In this document: positions 10,805 to 21,362 of the stretch, in pieces | How the letters are laid out: every line of letters begins with the position of its first letter | How positions within the stretch are numbered: the first letter of the stretch is position 1 | Program-made: the position numbers and the translations under genes | Assembly: GCA_038217285.1 (NCBI GenBank) | Contig: JBBQPO010000029.1 | Coordinates: 1 to 32,497, forward strand | Reading direction: 5' to 3' | DNA from: Chthonomonadales bacterium | GTDB taxonomy: Bacteria > Armatimonadota > Chthonomonadetes > Chthonomonadales > Chthonomonadaceae | DNA: 32,497 nucleotides | The notes under the pieces: generated by a model | Databases searched by the model: none | The model's input: the letters and a program-made list of their open reading frames with translations, nothing else | What the model was told of the DNA's origin: nothing

Positions 10805-11977
10805 ATGGCTGCCGTTCCGCGTCCTGTCGCGATCTATATTCATATACCGTTTTGTGCGAAGCACTGCGCGTACTGCGATTTCAATACCTTTGTCGAGCGC
10901 GCGCAGAGCACCCTGGTGCAGGCGACCGTCGCGGCGATCCAGAAGGATATCGAGCGGGCGGGGCGGGAGCTAATAGCAGAAGAAGGCGGCGCGATTGTCG
11001 TCCCGACTATCTTTTTCGGGGGGGGCACACCGACTTTTCTCAACGGCGAGCAACTGGCGGCGATCTTGCGAACCGTGCAGGACAACTTCGCGGTGGATCC
11101 GAACGCAGAGATCTCCAGTGAGGCCAATCCCGGCTCCTCGGATGCGACGAAGTTCGCGGCGATGCACACGGCGGGGTTCAATCGCCTGAGCATCGGGGTG
11201 CAGTCTTTCGACGACGGCTTGCTGGTCGCCCTGGACCGTTTCCACACGGCGGGAGAGGCGGAGAACGCGCTGCAGGCGGCGAGGGAGGCCGGCTTCACCA
11301 ACCTGAACCTCGATCTGATGTTCGGGCTGCCGAAGCAGAATCTGCCGCTCTGGGAGGCTACGCTTGACCGTGCGCTCGCGCTCGAGACGGAGCACCTCTC
11401 GCTCTATGCCCTGACTCTGGAGCCGGGGACGCGCTTCGAGCGGCTCGATGCCGGGGGCAAACTGGATCTGCCCGACGAGGATGTCGAACTGATCATGTAT
11501 GAGCGCAGCATCGGTCGGCTGACCGCAGCAGGTCTGGAACACTACGAGGTCAGCAACTTCGCCCGCCCCGGCTATCGGTCGCAGCACAATCAGGTCTACT
11601 GGCGCAACGAGGAGTATCTCGGCATCGGGCCGGGCGCTGTCTCCTATCTTGCCGGTCGGCGCTGGAAACGCGAGCGCTTGCCGGTACGCTATAACGCGAA
11701 GGTCGAGGCGGGAGCGGATCTGGCGGTCGAGTCGGAGTGTCTGGCCCTGTCGGGCGCTCTGGGCGAGACGATGATGCTGGGGCTGCGGCTGCGTGACGGC
11801 CTGCCTCTGCGGGTCATCCGTGAACGCTTCGGCATTGAACCCCTGGATCACTTTGCCGCTCAGATCGCCCGCCTTCAGTCGGACGGACTGATTCGTCTGG
11901 ACGCGGACACGCTCCGCCTAACCCATCGCGGTCTACTCTTCGCCAACGATGCCCTCGGCGTCTTCCTGCCCGACTGA
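10805..11977 (+). CDS. hemW: Radical SAM heme chaperone HemW (HemN-like)
   Basis: YIHIPFCAKHCAYCDFN (CxxxCxxC followed by DFN), FFGGGTP, NRLSIGVQS, YEVSNFA, HNQVYW; ATG 10805 after GGAGG. Confidence 0.92.
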   Translation: MAAVPRPVAIYIHIPFCAKHCAYCDFNTFVERAQSTLVQATVAAIQKDIERAGRELIAEEGGAIVVPTIFFGGGTPTFLNGEQLAAILRTVQDNFAVDPNAEISSEANPGSSDATKFAAMHTAGFNRLSIGVQSFDDGLLVALDRFHTAGEAENALQAAREAGFTNLNLDLMFGLPKQNLPLWEATLDRALALETEHLSLYALTLEPGTRFERLDAGGKLDLPDEDVELIMYERSIGRLTAAGLEHYEVSNFARPGYRSQHNQVYWRNEEYLGIGPGAVSYLAGRRWKRERLPVRYNAKVEAGADLAVESECLALSGALGETMMLGLRLRDGLPLRVIRERFGIEPLDHFAAQIARLQSDGLIRLDADTLRLTHRGLLFANDALGVFLPD

Positions 11978-12066
11978 CGCCCTCTCTTCGATCAAGGAGT
12001 CCTTGCGCTGATACAGTACTGGAAACCTGGCTTCTCAACTTGCGACACAAAGGATCAACAAGACTC

Positions 12067-13179
12067 ATGACAATGGCACCTCCCTCCTCTCCGCTTCCGG
12101 TCAGCCGTTCCAGGGCGTACGCGGCCCTTCCTCACAGAAAGGCTGCGGTCCGTCGCCGCGCCGCCTTCGTCCTCTTCGGCGCAACCGCACTGCTGCTGAG
12201 TTTCTCCCCGCAGGTCGGAGCGCAGGAAACCATCGGGGGCGGCACTATTGCGAGCCCGGCGGTCGGGCCAAAGCCTGCGTTCGGCATCGGCGGGCCAGGC
12301 ATGGTGCTGGTGAAGAACTGGCACTTCGGCAAGAAGGGCACCATCAAAAACTATGCCGATATGAACGCCAATTTCTTCTACCATGACCAGTTCGGCACGA
12401 TAGGCAACGGAACCAACTACGGAGCGATCATTGTTGCGCCCGATGCCGCGAACGCGCTTTCCAACCAGCCTCTCGAAGGAGACGCCTGCCCTCCGGTGCG
12501 CCAGTTCACGGAGGACTCTCTGCGGACGCTGCTGATGCCCCTCTACGGCGCGACCAAAGTCCTCCCCACGCTGCACAACGCCGGCTGCGGCTCGTTCATG
12601 GCGAAATGGAAGCTTCCGAACGGCGGTTCTCTGCTCGGGCAGGATATTGTGTGGGAGACTCGGGTCCGCTATGTGACGCCTCCCTATTTCTGGTTTGCGA
12701 TCTGGGCGGCGGGCAACAAGTGGAACAACGGAGCCGAGCAGGACGTGGTCGAAAGCTTCGGATACGATAACGGCGGTGAGAACACGAACTATGATGGGCG
12801 CTTCTGGCACGTCAACTCGGTGGCCGGCCAGGATACCACCGACTACGGCAACTGGGGCAAGGCCATGGAATCTCACGGAATCAAGGCGTATGATGCCACC
12901 AAATACCACGTCTGGACATGGGTATACAAGAAGGACAACAGCTATGCCATGTATGTGGACGGGGTGCTTGTTCAGAGCGGTACGGACTATCACTGGACCT
13001 ATGGCAGCAAGGCGACCGACATGCCCATCGACATGGTCTTCCTCTTTGACGGCGGCTGGGGCCACACGCAGATAGGCAGCGTCAACAAGCCTCTGCCCGC
13101 CTCCGCCTTCACCGGGAAATTCTATGAGTGGAACTACAGCCGCGTCTATCTCCGAGGCACCCCCCATCCGGCGCAATAA
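12067..13179 (+). CDS. Secreted protein with a GH16-like / ConA-like beta-jelly-roll domain
   Basis: Signal peptide RRRAAFVLFGATALLLSFSPQVGA|QE; WFAIW...GAEQDVVE resembles GH16 WPAFW...ExDxxE; YHVWTWVY...MYVDG. Start codon uncertain. Confidence 0.6.
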   Translation: MTMAPPSSPLPVSRSRAYAALPHRKAAVRRRAAFVLFGATALLLSFSPQVGAQETIGGGTIASPAVGPKPAFGIGGPGMVLVKNWHFGKKGTIKNYADMNANFFYHDQFGTIGNGTNYGAIIVAPDAANALSNQPLEGDACPPVRQFTEDSLRTLLMPLYGATKVLPTLHNAGCGSFMAKWKLPNGGSLLGQDIVWETRVRYVTPPYFWFAIWAAGNKWNNGAEQDVVESFGYDNGGENTNYDGRFWHVNSVAGQDTTDYGNWGKAMESHGIKAYDATKYHVWTWVYKKDNSYAMYVDGVLVQSGTDYHWTYGSKATDMPIDMVFLFDGGWGHTQIGSVNKPLPASAFTGKFYEWNYSRVYLRGTPHPAQ

Positions 13180-13248
13180 GGGGAGACACAGAAGGTATCA
13201 AGCAAAATCCGAGACTGACTTCGCTCGCTGAACCGAGGATTGCTGGCG

Positions 13249-13278
13249 TTGATCGTTTTCTCTTAACTCAGGTACAAT
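13249..13278 (+). promoter_or_regulatory. Possible sigma70 promoter of the R-M remnant
   Basis: TTGATC-18 nt-TACAAT, then AAGGAG RBS before GTG 13320. Confidence 0.45.
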
Positions 13279-13319
13279 CAGCACAAAACGCGGAGATCGC
13301 AACAAGGAGATAGCGGAAC

Positions 13320-13901
13320 GTGACGACGCAACGATTGGAACAGGCGAAACTTGATGTGAGCCGCAAGACAAGGGCGAACCTGTTCAACTGGCGCGGACAG
13401 TTCACACCCGAATTGATCGAACATCTCCTCGACTGTTATGCTACCCCCAACGCTATCATTGCCGATCCCTTTTCAGGTAATAGAATGTCTCCTGATGACA
13501 AATTTCCCAGAGCTGAGACAGCAGAGGGTGAGTTGTTTCTATCCGTCCTATCGGCAGAAGTTAAAGTCAACTACGACAAGACCATGTTTCAGGAGTGTTG
13601 CGGCACAGCGTCGCGTTTGAAACAGGGTTGCCCTTCCGCCAAGTATTTTGTTCTGGTGGAATTTCTGGACATGGAAGCAGAAGACAGTCGCCTCACGGAC
13701 ATCGACAACGTATTCCTGCCTCGCCACGCGAAGCGTCTTCCCAGCGACAAACGGAGCATTCTCGCTGAAGTAGAAAAACAGCATAAGGATTTTCCCATTG
13801 ACGGCGAAATCGTCTATCGCTTTGTGCAGGAGATAGAGAATTTTCTCGAATCCGTATGGCATGACCCGGCAGGAGCCTTGAAGCGTGGCTCCTTCATATG
13901 A
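13320..13901 (+). pseudogene. Chimeric R-M remnant: DNA methyltransferase N-terminus fused in frame to the C-terminal half of a Bpu10I-family endonuclease
   Basis: KTRANLFNWRGQFTPELIE...IIADPFSG (MTase start, cut inside motif I), then AEVKVNYDKTMFQE...YFVLVEFLDM (Bpu10I-like). Confidence 0.78.
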
Positions 13902-13975
13902 AAAACGAGCAATAATTAAAAGGCAAGGTTGCATTACACCTGGGACCTTGCCGCCTGGGTGTGAGGACGAAATTT

Positions 13976-14227
13976 GTGAAGAACCTACTCTACATACTAC
14001 TGATGGTTGCGGCCCTTATAGTGATTGCCTCCCTGCTCTCCGTGACCGTCGGATTTCTCATCCATATCGCAATTGCGGCGGTCATTCTGGGTTGTGTCAT
14101 CGCCCTCGTTCGCTACTGGATTCGGAAACATCAGGAGCGTACACATCCACTTCGACAGAACGCGCGTGCTGAAAAGGTGGCTGATCGCACGTTGAAGGAG
14201 ATCGAGCGTACCATCAACAAGCAGTAA
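13976..14227 (+). CDS. Small two-TM membrane protein, hypothetical
   Basis: Long hydrophobic stretch then a basic tail; GTG 13976 follows GAGGA (ORF track starts at 13961). Confidence 0.7.
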   Translation: MKNLLYILLMVAALIVIASLLSVTVGFLIHIAIAAVILGCVIALVRYWIRKHQERTHPLRQNARAEKVADRTLKEIERTINKQ

Positions 14228-14234
14228 TAGGCCG

Positions 14235-14834
14235 TCAGGACGTTCCGTCTATCTCAGTAGTCCTCGTCTTCGCTGGGGCGAAGCAGGGTTTCAGGGTCGG
14301 TTGGAGAACTCCTTTTGCAGGGCGAAGGAGTTCTTCTGGAGGAGGCTCCGGTGCATCACTTCCGCGGAGAAGGGACGCTCTGTCCTTGGAGCGATGACGG
14401 GCTGAAAGCATTTCCAGAACTTCGACCCTATAGCGGCATAGTCCCATATGCCCGAAACGGCCTTTTTCGATTATCTTGCCTCGAAATTCGATCTCGAACG
14501 TCTCGAAGCCACCGCGAAAGGTATCCCGATCAAACGTGTCGACCAGCCAGTCCCACCCGCCCTCATACGAGATGATAAGTTGGCACTGCAAATTATCTCT
14601 ATTCCAGATATCACCGTCTTTGTCCCAGGTAAAGGCCGGGATTTCCCAGTGCGAGACGTAGCAGCCTTTAAAGATCGCCTCCTCGCCAATAGGAAACTCC
14701 TTTTCGACCGCTTCTTCCAGAGGCCGTTTTCTAAAATAATTGTCCCATTCCATCCATAACCACAACAGAGCAAAGCACCCGATAAGGAGGCCTATCCCGA
14801 GAAGTACCAGGAAGATCAGAAATGAGAGTGTCAT
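14235..14834 (-). CDS. Hypothetical membrane-anchored protein with C-terminal LLR repeats; likely frameshift near the 3' end
   Basis: N-terminal TM; SLLRGS...EELLRPA tail; a third repeat, PETLLRPS, lies in the -1 frame. Confidence 0.7.
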   Translation of the reverse strand: MTLSFLIFLVLLGIGLLIGCFALLWLWMEWDNYFRKRPLEEAVEKEFPIGEEAIFKGCYVSHWEIPAFTWDKDGDIWNRDNLQCQLIISYEGGWDWLVDTFDRDTFRGGFETFEIEFRGKIIEKGRFGHMGLCRYRVEVLEMLSARHRSKDRASLLRGSDAPEPPPEELLRPAKGVLQPTLKPCFAPAKTRTTEIDGTS

Positions 14835-14857
14835 TTTTTGGACACGCCTTGCGAGGT

Positions 14858-14899
14858 AAACAAGCGCCTTCCCATTTGGCGACGGGAAGGCTCTTGTTT
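14858..14899 (-). terminator. Hairpin after the esterase pair
   Basis: AAACAAGCGCCTTCCC...GGGAAGGCTCTTGTTT, a 16-bp stem with one mismatch. Confidence 0.6.
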
Positions 14900-14915
14900 C
14901 GGCGCCGCGATCAGG

Positions 14916-16919
<2,004 letters not shown>

Positions 16920-16946
16920 TACGCGTTCTCCTTCGGGCTGGTGAAG

Positions 16947-17906
16947 TTAGAGCCCTGCCATGAAATCGAAAATGCGGTCGTTGCAGCCCGGCAGTCCTTC
17001 GTGACCGAAGTCGGGATAGACGAGCAGGTTTTTCTTGGAGGTGATCTTGTTGTAGGCGGCGAACTGCGTGGAGGGCGGGCAGATCGTGTCCATCAGGCCG
17101 ATCGGCATGAGCACTTCGGCGCGGATGCGGCTCGCGAGGTGCTGGTTATCGATGTAGCCCAGACGCAGGAACACCTCGTTCTCGCGGGCGTGGAGCGGAT
17201 CGAAGTTGCGGAAATAGGTTTTCAGCTCTTCGTATGCGCCCGCCGCGAGGTCCATCTCCCAGACGCGCTGATAGTCGCAGAGGAACGGGAAGACGGGCGC
17301 GGCCAGCTTGATGCGCGGCTCCAGTGCGGCGCAGGCGAGGGTCAGCCCGCCGCCCTGCGAGCCGCCGGTCGCGCCCACGCGGTCGGCGTCTACCTCCTCG
17401 AAGCCCATCACGATCCGGGCCAGTTGTGCCGTGTCGAGATAGGCCTGACGGTAGTAGAGGCGATCCGGCGCATCGTCGAGGCCGCGAATGATGTGCCCGC
17501 GCAGGGTGTTGCCCGCCACGCTGCCCCGATCCTCCGAAAGCCCGCCCTGCCCACGGCAGTCGAGCGATGCGACCGAGTAGCCCTGACTGACATAGTTCAG
17601 TTTGTCGTTCCAATCACCGCTGTTGCCCGAATAGCCGTGAAACTGCAAAACGGCGGGACGCGGCGCGCCCTTCTCCTTTGGCCGCAGATACTTCGCATGA
17701 ATCCGCGAGCCCCCGACTCCCATAAAGTAGAGATCGAAGCACTCCGCGAAGGAGGTTTTGAGGGGGTGAGGAACCAACTCTACTTTCGGATCGACCGCGC
17801 GCATCTCTTCCAGCGCTTTATCCCAGTAAGCGTCGAAATCGTCCGGCCTCGGGTTGCGGCCTTGATACTCCAGCAGTTTTTCCAACGGCATGTCCACTAA
17901 CGGCAT
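16947..17906 (-). CDS. Acetylxylan esterase / cephalosporin-C deacetylase (CE7)
   Basis: FHGY, DCRGQ, GGSQGG nucleophile elbow, DTICPPSTQFAAYN, GHE. Confidence 0.93.
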   Translation of the reverse strand: MPLVDMPLEKLLEYQGRNPRPDDFDAYWDKALEEMRAVDPKVELVPHPLKTSFAECFDLYFMGVGGSRIHAKYLRPKEKGAPRPAVLQFHGYSGNSGDWNDKLNYVSQGYSVASLDCRGQGGLSEDRGSVAGNTLRGHIIRGLDDAPDRLYYRQAYLDTAQLARIVMGFEEVDADRVGATGGSQGGGLTLACAALEPRIKLAAPVFPFLCDYQRVWEMDLAAGAYEELKTYFRNFDPLHARENEVFLRLGYIDNQHLASRIRAEVLMPIGLMDTICPPSTQFAAYNKITSKKNLLVYPDFGHEGLPGCNDRIFDFMAGL

Positions 17907-18093
17907 CGTTAACTCTCCCTATGCAGTGATATCGTATTCCCTCTTCTATTCCACGCGACAGCAGAAAAACCTTCCCGAAGACGTTCTTGTATGTTTGAAG
18001 GTGAGAAAAGGGAGGAGTGGGGCAGAAATCTTGCCTTGCAAAATTAACCTGTTGTCACATAGCCCATCGATCAGGTAAGATGCTCCCGCCAAT

Positions 18094-18128
18094 GGGTTGT
18101 CAAGGGGTTCATCACCCCTCGCTACGCG
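18094..18128 (-). repeat. REP-like GTAG-hairpin dispersed repeat, copy 2
   Basis: Reverse complement CGCGTAGCGAGGGGTGATGAACCCCTTGACAACCC matches 10683-10716. Confidence 0.8.
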
Positions 18129-18222
18129 CCTTCAGAAGGAGGCGAATTTCGTTTCCGGCGATACACTGTTGTTCAGGTCTCTCTCGTCTCTTTCCTTATG
18201 GCTGGACTCAGGTTCTAGAATC

Positions 18223-18288
18223 TGTTAATATACTTTTATGCCATAATGTATAGTAACATGAAGGCTAACGGAAGGGGAGTATAGTAAC
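18223..18288 (+). promoter_or_regulatory. fic promoter region with a putative operator
   Basis: TGcCATAAT extended -10 flanked by inverted repeat TGTTAATATAC / GTATAGTAACA; GTATAGTAAC recurs at 18279-18288. Confidence 0.5.
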
Positions 18289-19443
18289 GTGCAACGTGAG
18301 GATTTTACGGAGCAGGCTCCAGGGGAGCTTATTCTGGCACCACTGGGGCATCTCGCCTTCGTTCCAGCGCCATTGCCTCCTATTATTCCGCTCTCCTGGC
18401 CGCTCGTCAAGCGGATAACAGAAGCGGATCGCGCTCTGAGCGAACTGATCGGTATTGCTCGTAACCTCCCCAACCCGCATCTGCTCATACAGCCTTTTCT
18501 GCGGCGCGAGGCGCTCCTGTCGAGTCAGATCGAAGGCACGCAGACCTCTCTTTCGGAACTGTTTTTCTTTGAAGCCTCCGGTTCAGGCACACCTCCTACG
18601 CCCGATGTAGAAGAGGTGGTCAACTATGTGATGGCGCTGGAGTACGGACTCAAAAGTCTGGACAATCGCGAGGTAACGCTTTCCCTGTTGCGGGACATCC
18701 ATTACCGTCTGTTGCAGGGAGTGCGCGGGGCGACCAAATCGCCCGGACAGTTCCGCAAAGAGCAAAACTGGATAGCCGCTCCCGGTCGGCCCCTCCACGA
18801 GGCACGCTATGTGCCGCCCCCTCCGCTGCAGATGAGAGACGCGCTTGAGGCGTTCGAGACGTTTTTGCACGCTGATTCAGATCTTCCTGCCCTGGTACGC
18901 ATGGCCTTGATTCACTATCAGTTTGAAGCCATCCACCCCTTCGACGACGGCAATGGCAGAATCGGACGTCTGCTGATACCGCTGCTGCTCTGCAAAGAGG
19001 GACTGCTGCCACGTCCGCTCCTCTACCTCAGCGCGTACTTCGAGAAGCATCGCCAGCAGTACATGGATGGCCTGTTGGCTGTCAGTCGGCGCGGAGCCTG
19101 GGAGGACTGGATACGCTTCTTCCTACAGGGCGTTATCGAGCAGGCACAGGACGCCGTACGCCGTTCAGACCATCTTCTTGAGTTATGGCGAACGTATCGT
19201 CAGCGCCTACAGGAAGCCAGTTCGTCGGGGCTTGCGCTGCGACTGGTAGATGAACTGTTCGAGGCGCCGGTAACCTCCATGCAGGGCGTGGTTCAAAGGT
19301 TGAACATAACGCCCCGTTCAGCGCAGATGACGATAGATCGTCTGATCAAAGCCGAAATCTTGGCGGAAACGACTGGCCGTCAGCGCAACCGTGTCTATGT
19401 CGCATCCGAAATACTCCATGCTGTAGAACAGTCTGAGGCCTAG
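18289..19443 (+). CDS. Fic family protein with N-terminal inhibitory motif and C-terminal HTH-like region
   Basis: HPFDDGNGRIGR Fic motif; SSQIEG inhibitory helix; TGRQRNRVY C-terminus. Confidence 0.93.
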   Translation: MQREDFTEQAPGELILAPLGHLAFVPAPLPPIIPLSWPLVKRITEADRALSELIGIARNLPNPHLLIQPFLRREALLSSQIEGTQTSLSELFFFEASGSGTPPTPDVEEVVNYVMALEYGLKSLDNREVTLSLLRDIHYRLLQGVRGATKSPGQFRKEQNWIAAPGRPLHEARYVPPPPLQMRDALEAFETFLHADSDLPALVRMALIHYQFEAIHPFDDGNGRIGRLLIPLLLCKEGLLPRPLLYLSAYFEKHRQQYMDGLLAVSRRGAWEDWIRFFLQGVIEQAQDAVRRSDHLLELWRTYRQRLQEASSSGLALRLVDELFEAPVTSMQGVVQRLNITPRSAQMTIDRLIKAEILAETTGRQRNRVYVASEILHAVEQSEA

Positions 19444-19604
19444 AATGGGCCGCGCAATCAATCCGAGGAGAGGCGGAGTTGGGCAATCGCCGCCCGCTCC
19501 AACTCCAGTTCTGGCACCACGGAGAGATAATGTTCCTTCAGGTGCGCCAGAAAGGCTGCCGAAAATGAGGGATTACGGTATCCTTGTTGTAGGAGGTTGA
19601 CTCA

Positions 19605-19853
19605 ATGCAAGATCAACAACTGCTCGAACGTATTACCTGTAATCCTAGAGTGATGTCGGGCAAACCCGTCATTGTCGGAACCCGGCTGACGGTTGAATAC
19701 ATCCTGAATCAACTCGCGCATGGCGCTTCCGAGGAAGAAATCCTGACGGAGTATCAGGGGCTGACGCAAGAGGACATTAGAGCCTGCTATCTGTTTGCGG
19801 GCAAGTCGCTGGAGACAACGTTCATTATGCCTCTATTACCGGAGACGGTGTAG
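19605..19853 (+). CDS. DUF433 family antitoxin
   Basis: RITCNPRVMSGKPVIVGTRLTVEYIL...LTQEDIRAC; AGGAGG RBS. Confidence 0.92.
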   Translation: MQDQQLLERITCNPRVMSGKPVIVGTRLTVEYILNQLAHGASEEEILTEYQGLTQEDIRACYLFAGKSLETTFIMPLLPETV

Positions 19854-20201
19854 GTGCGCTTCCTCGTGGACGAATGCACTGGCTCAGCCGTTGCGCAATG
19901 GTTGAGCGAAACAGGACATGATGTGTTCTCTGTATTTGATCAGGCGCGTGGGATCGATGACGAGATGGTTATCGATATAGCCTACACCGAGAACCGAATT
20001 CTCATTACCAACGATAAAGATTTCGGGGAGAAAGTCTATCGCGAACAGCATCTCCACCGTGGCGTCATTCTAATGCGTCTGGAGAATGATCGTTACTTTG
20101 TGAAGATCGAGACGTTACGCCGGTTACTGGAGCTTTATGCGGATCGTCTGCCCGGACAGTTCGTAGTAGTCACGGAAAAGCGGGTACGTTTTGCTCGCTA
20201 A
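19854..20201 (+). CDS. DUF5615 family PIN-like toxin
   Basis: MRFLVDEC, GIDDEMV, RILITNDKDFGE; GTG start abuts the antitoxin stop. Confidence 0.92.
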   Translation: MRFLVDECTGSAVAQWLSETGHDVFSVFDQARGIDDEMVIDIAYTENRILITNDKDFGEKVYREQHLHRGVILMRLENDRYFVKIETLRRLLELYADRLPGQFVVVTEKRVRFAR

Positions 20202-20291
20202 GGCAACTCCCAAGAATTACCGCTCCACATTCGGGCCCCTTCTGACCTCAAACGAGGCGGAATTGTGGAGCGATAATAGTTTGGCGGCTCC
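20202..20291. mobile_element. 90-bp MITE, probably ISAzo13-derived
   Basis: Begins GG, ends CC, imperfect terminal inverted repeats, flanked by TAA direct repeats (20199-20201 and 20292-20294); left end 20/25 identical to the IS end at 317-341. Confidence 0.7.
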
Positions 20292-20342
20292 TAACGTGCG
20301 TTGGCGTCCTGACAGTTCAAAAACGTTGGCGTAATGTCATGT

Positions 20343-21359
20343 CTATCCGGGGGCGGCTAAGCGCTCTACGAGGGAGGCGGCGAGGCGTTCGTAGAAGAGC
20401 AGATCCCAGGCGCCGATGTTGTCGATTCGTCGGCCGCCGAACTGGCGTTTGAACTGCGAAAAGCCGGCGTAGAGATGCTCCGGCAGACCGAACGGATCGT
20501 AACCGTAAAGGTCGTATTCGCGGCAGCCCTGGGCGCGTGCCGCCTGCATGACGGCCCAGTGCAGCGCATAGGTCGGCATGACCTGACGCTGCCGTGCCGA
20601 GGAGCCTCCGTACAGGTAGGTTGCTCGCCTGCCGAACAGGATCACCAGGATCGCTGCGAGCGTCTCGCCCTGCCATTCGGCGAAAAACAGCTCCGCCTGC
20701 CCGCTCGGAAACAGCGCAGCCCCGAGGTTCAGGAAGAAGCCGAACGGCTCCGCGAAAAAGCGTTGACGTCGCGCCGTCTCTTCGAACAGAGGGTAGAAGC
20801 GGGTGAGGTCGTGCATGGCCTGCGAGCGGATCACCGTGACGCCGTGCCGGTGCGCCAACCCCAGGTTGTAGCGGCCCTTCGGGCGCATCTGCGCCCGAAA
20901 CTCCGCGTCAGAGAGAGTCAGATCCAGCATAAGGGAGTGGATCGGGTTCAGATCGATCGGGGCCCGTGTCCAGTTCCGCATCAGCGAGGGGCGAGGTGGG
21001 GGCAGATGCGGCTCGATCCGCAGTCCCAGCCCTCCGCTCTGCTCCGCCTGCTGCTCCACGGCACGGGCCAGCAGACGCAGTCCCTCCCGCGCCTTTGGGG
21101 GATCGTGCCAGGGCATAAGCGGCCCCTCCGGGCAGAGAAAGAAGCCTTCGCTGCCCGGCGCGGAGTAGCTCAGCAGACTCGCGCCCCCCGTCAGCGCCTC
21201 CTCTTCGAACAGCCCGTACCGCCGCGTCGTATAGCCTTCCGAACGTTTGAACGCCGCCCAGGCCGTGGACTGCATGAAGCCCGACTCCGCCGTCTGGCCT
21301 GCCAGGGCGTCCCAGCGTGCATCCCACTCCGGCCCCAGTTCCTGTATCTCCTGACCCAT
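20343..21359 (-). CDS. FemAB/FemX-like peptidyl transferase (tandem GNAT fold)
   Basis: GFMQSTAWAAFK, LRIEP, MRPKGRYNL, ATYLYGGS, YALHWAVMQ, YDLYG, FKRQFGG. Confidence 0.87.
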   Translation of the reverse strand: MGQEIQELGPEWDARWDALAGQTAESGFMQSTAWAAFKRSEGYTTRRYGLFEEEALTGGASLLSYSAPGSEGFFLCPEGPLMPWHDPPKAREGLRLLARAVEQQAEQSGGLGLRIEPHLPPPRPSLMRNWTRAPIDLNPIHSLMLDLTLSDAEFRAQMRPKGRYNLGLAHRHGVTVIRSQAMHDLTRFYPLFEETARRQRFFAEPFGFFLNLGAALFPSGQAELFFAEWQGETLAAILVILFGRRATYLYGGSSARQRQVMPTYALHWAVMQAARAQGCREYDLYGYDPFGLPEHLYAGFSQFKRQFGGRRIDNIGAWDLLFYERLAASLVERLAAPG

Positions 21360-21362
21360 CGG

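Noticed and set aside
20261-20277. Resemblance to the lac operator (AATTGTGGAGCGATAAT)
   Set aside because: Imperfect, lies between convergent 3' ends, and is part of the MITE inverted repeat.
20288-20331. Integron attC site (CTAAC...GTTGGC) after the TA pair
   Set aside because: Does not fit RYYYAAC/GTTRRRY, too short, and no integrase or cassette array; the upstream stem is better explained as a MITE.
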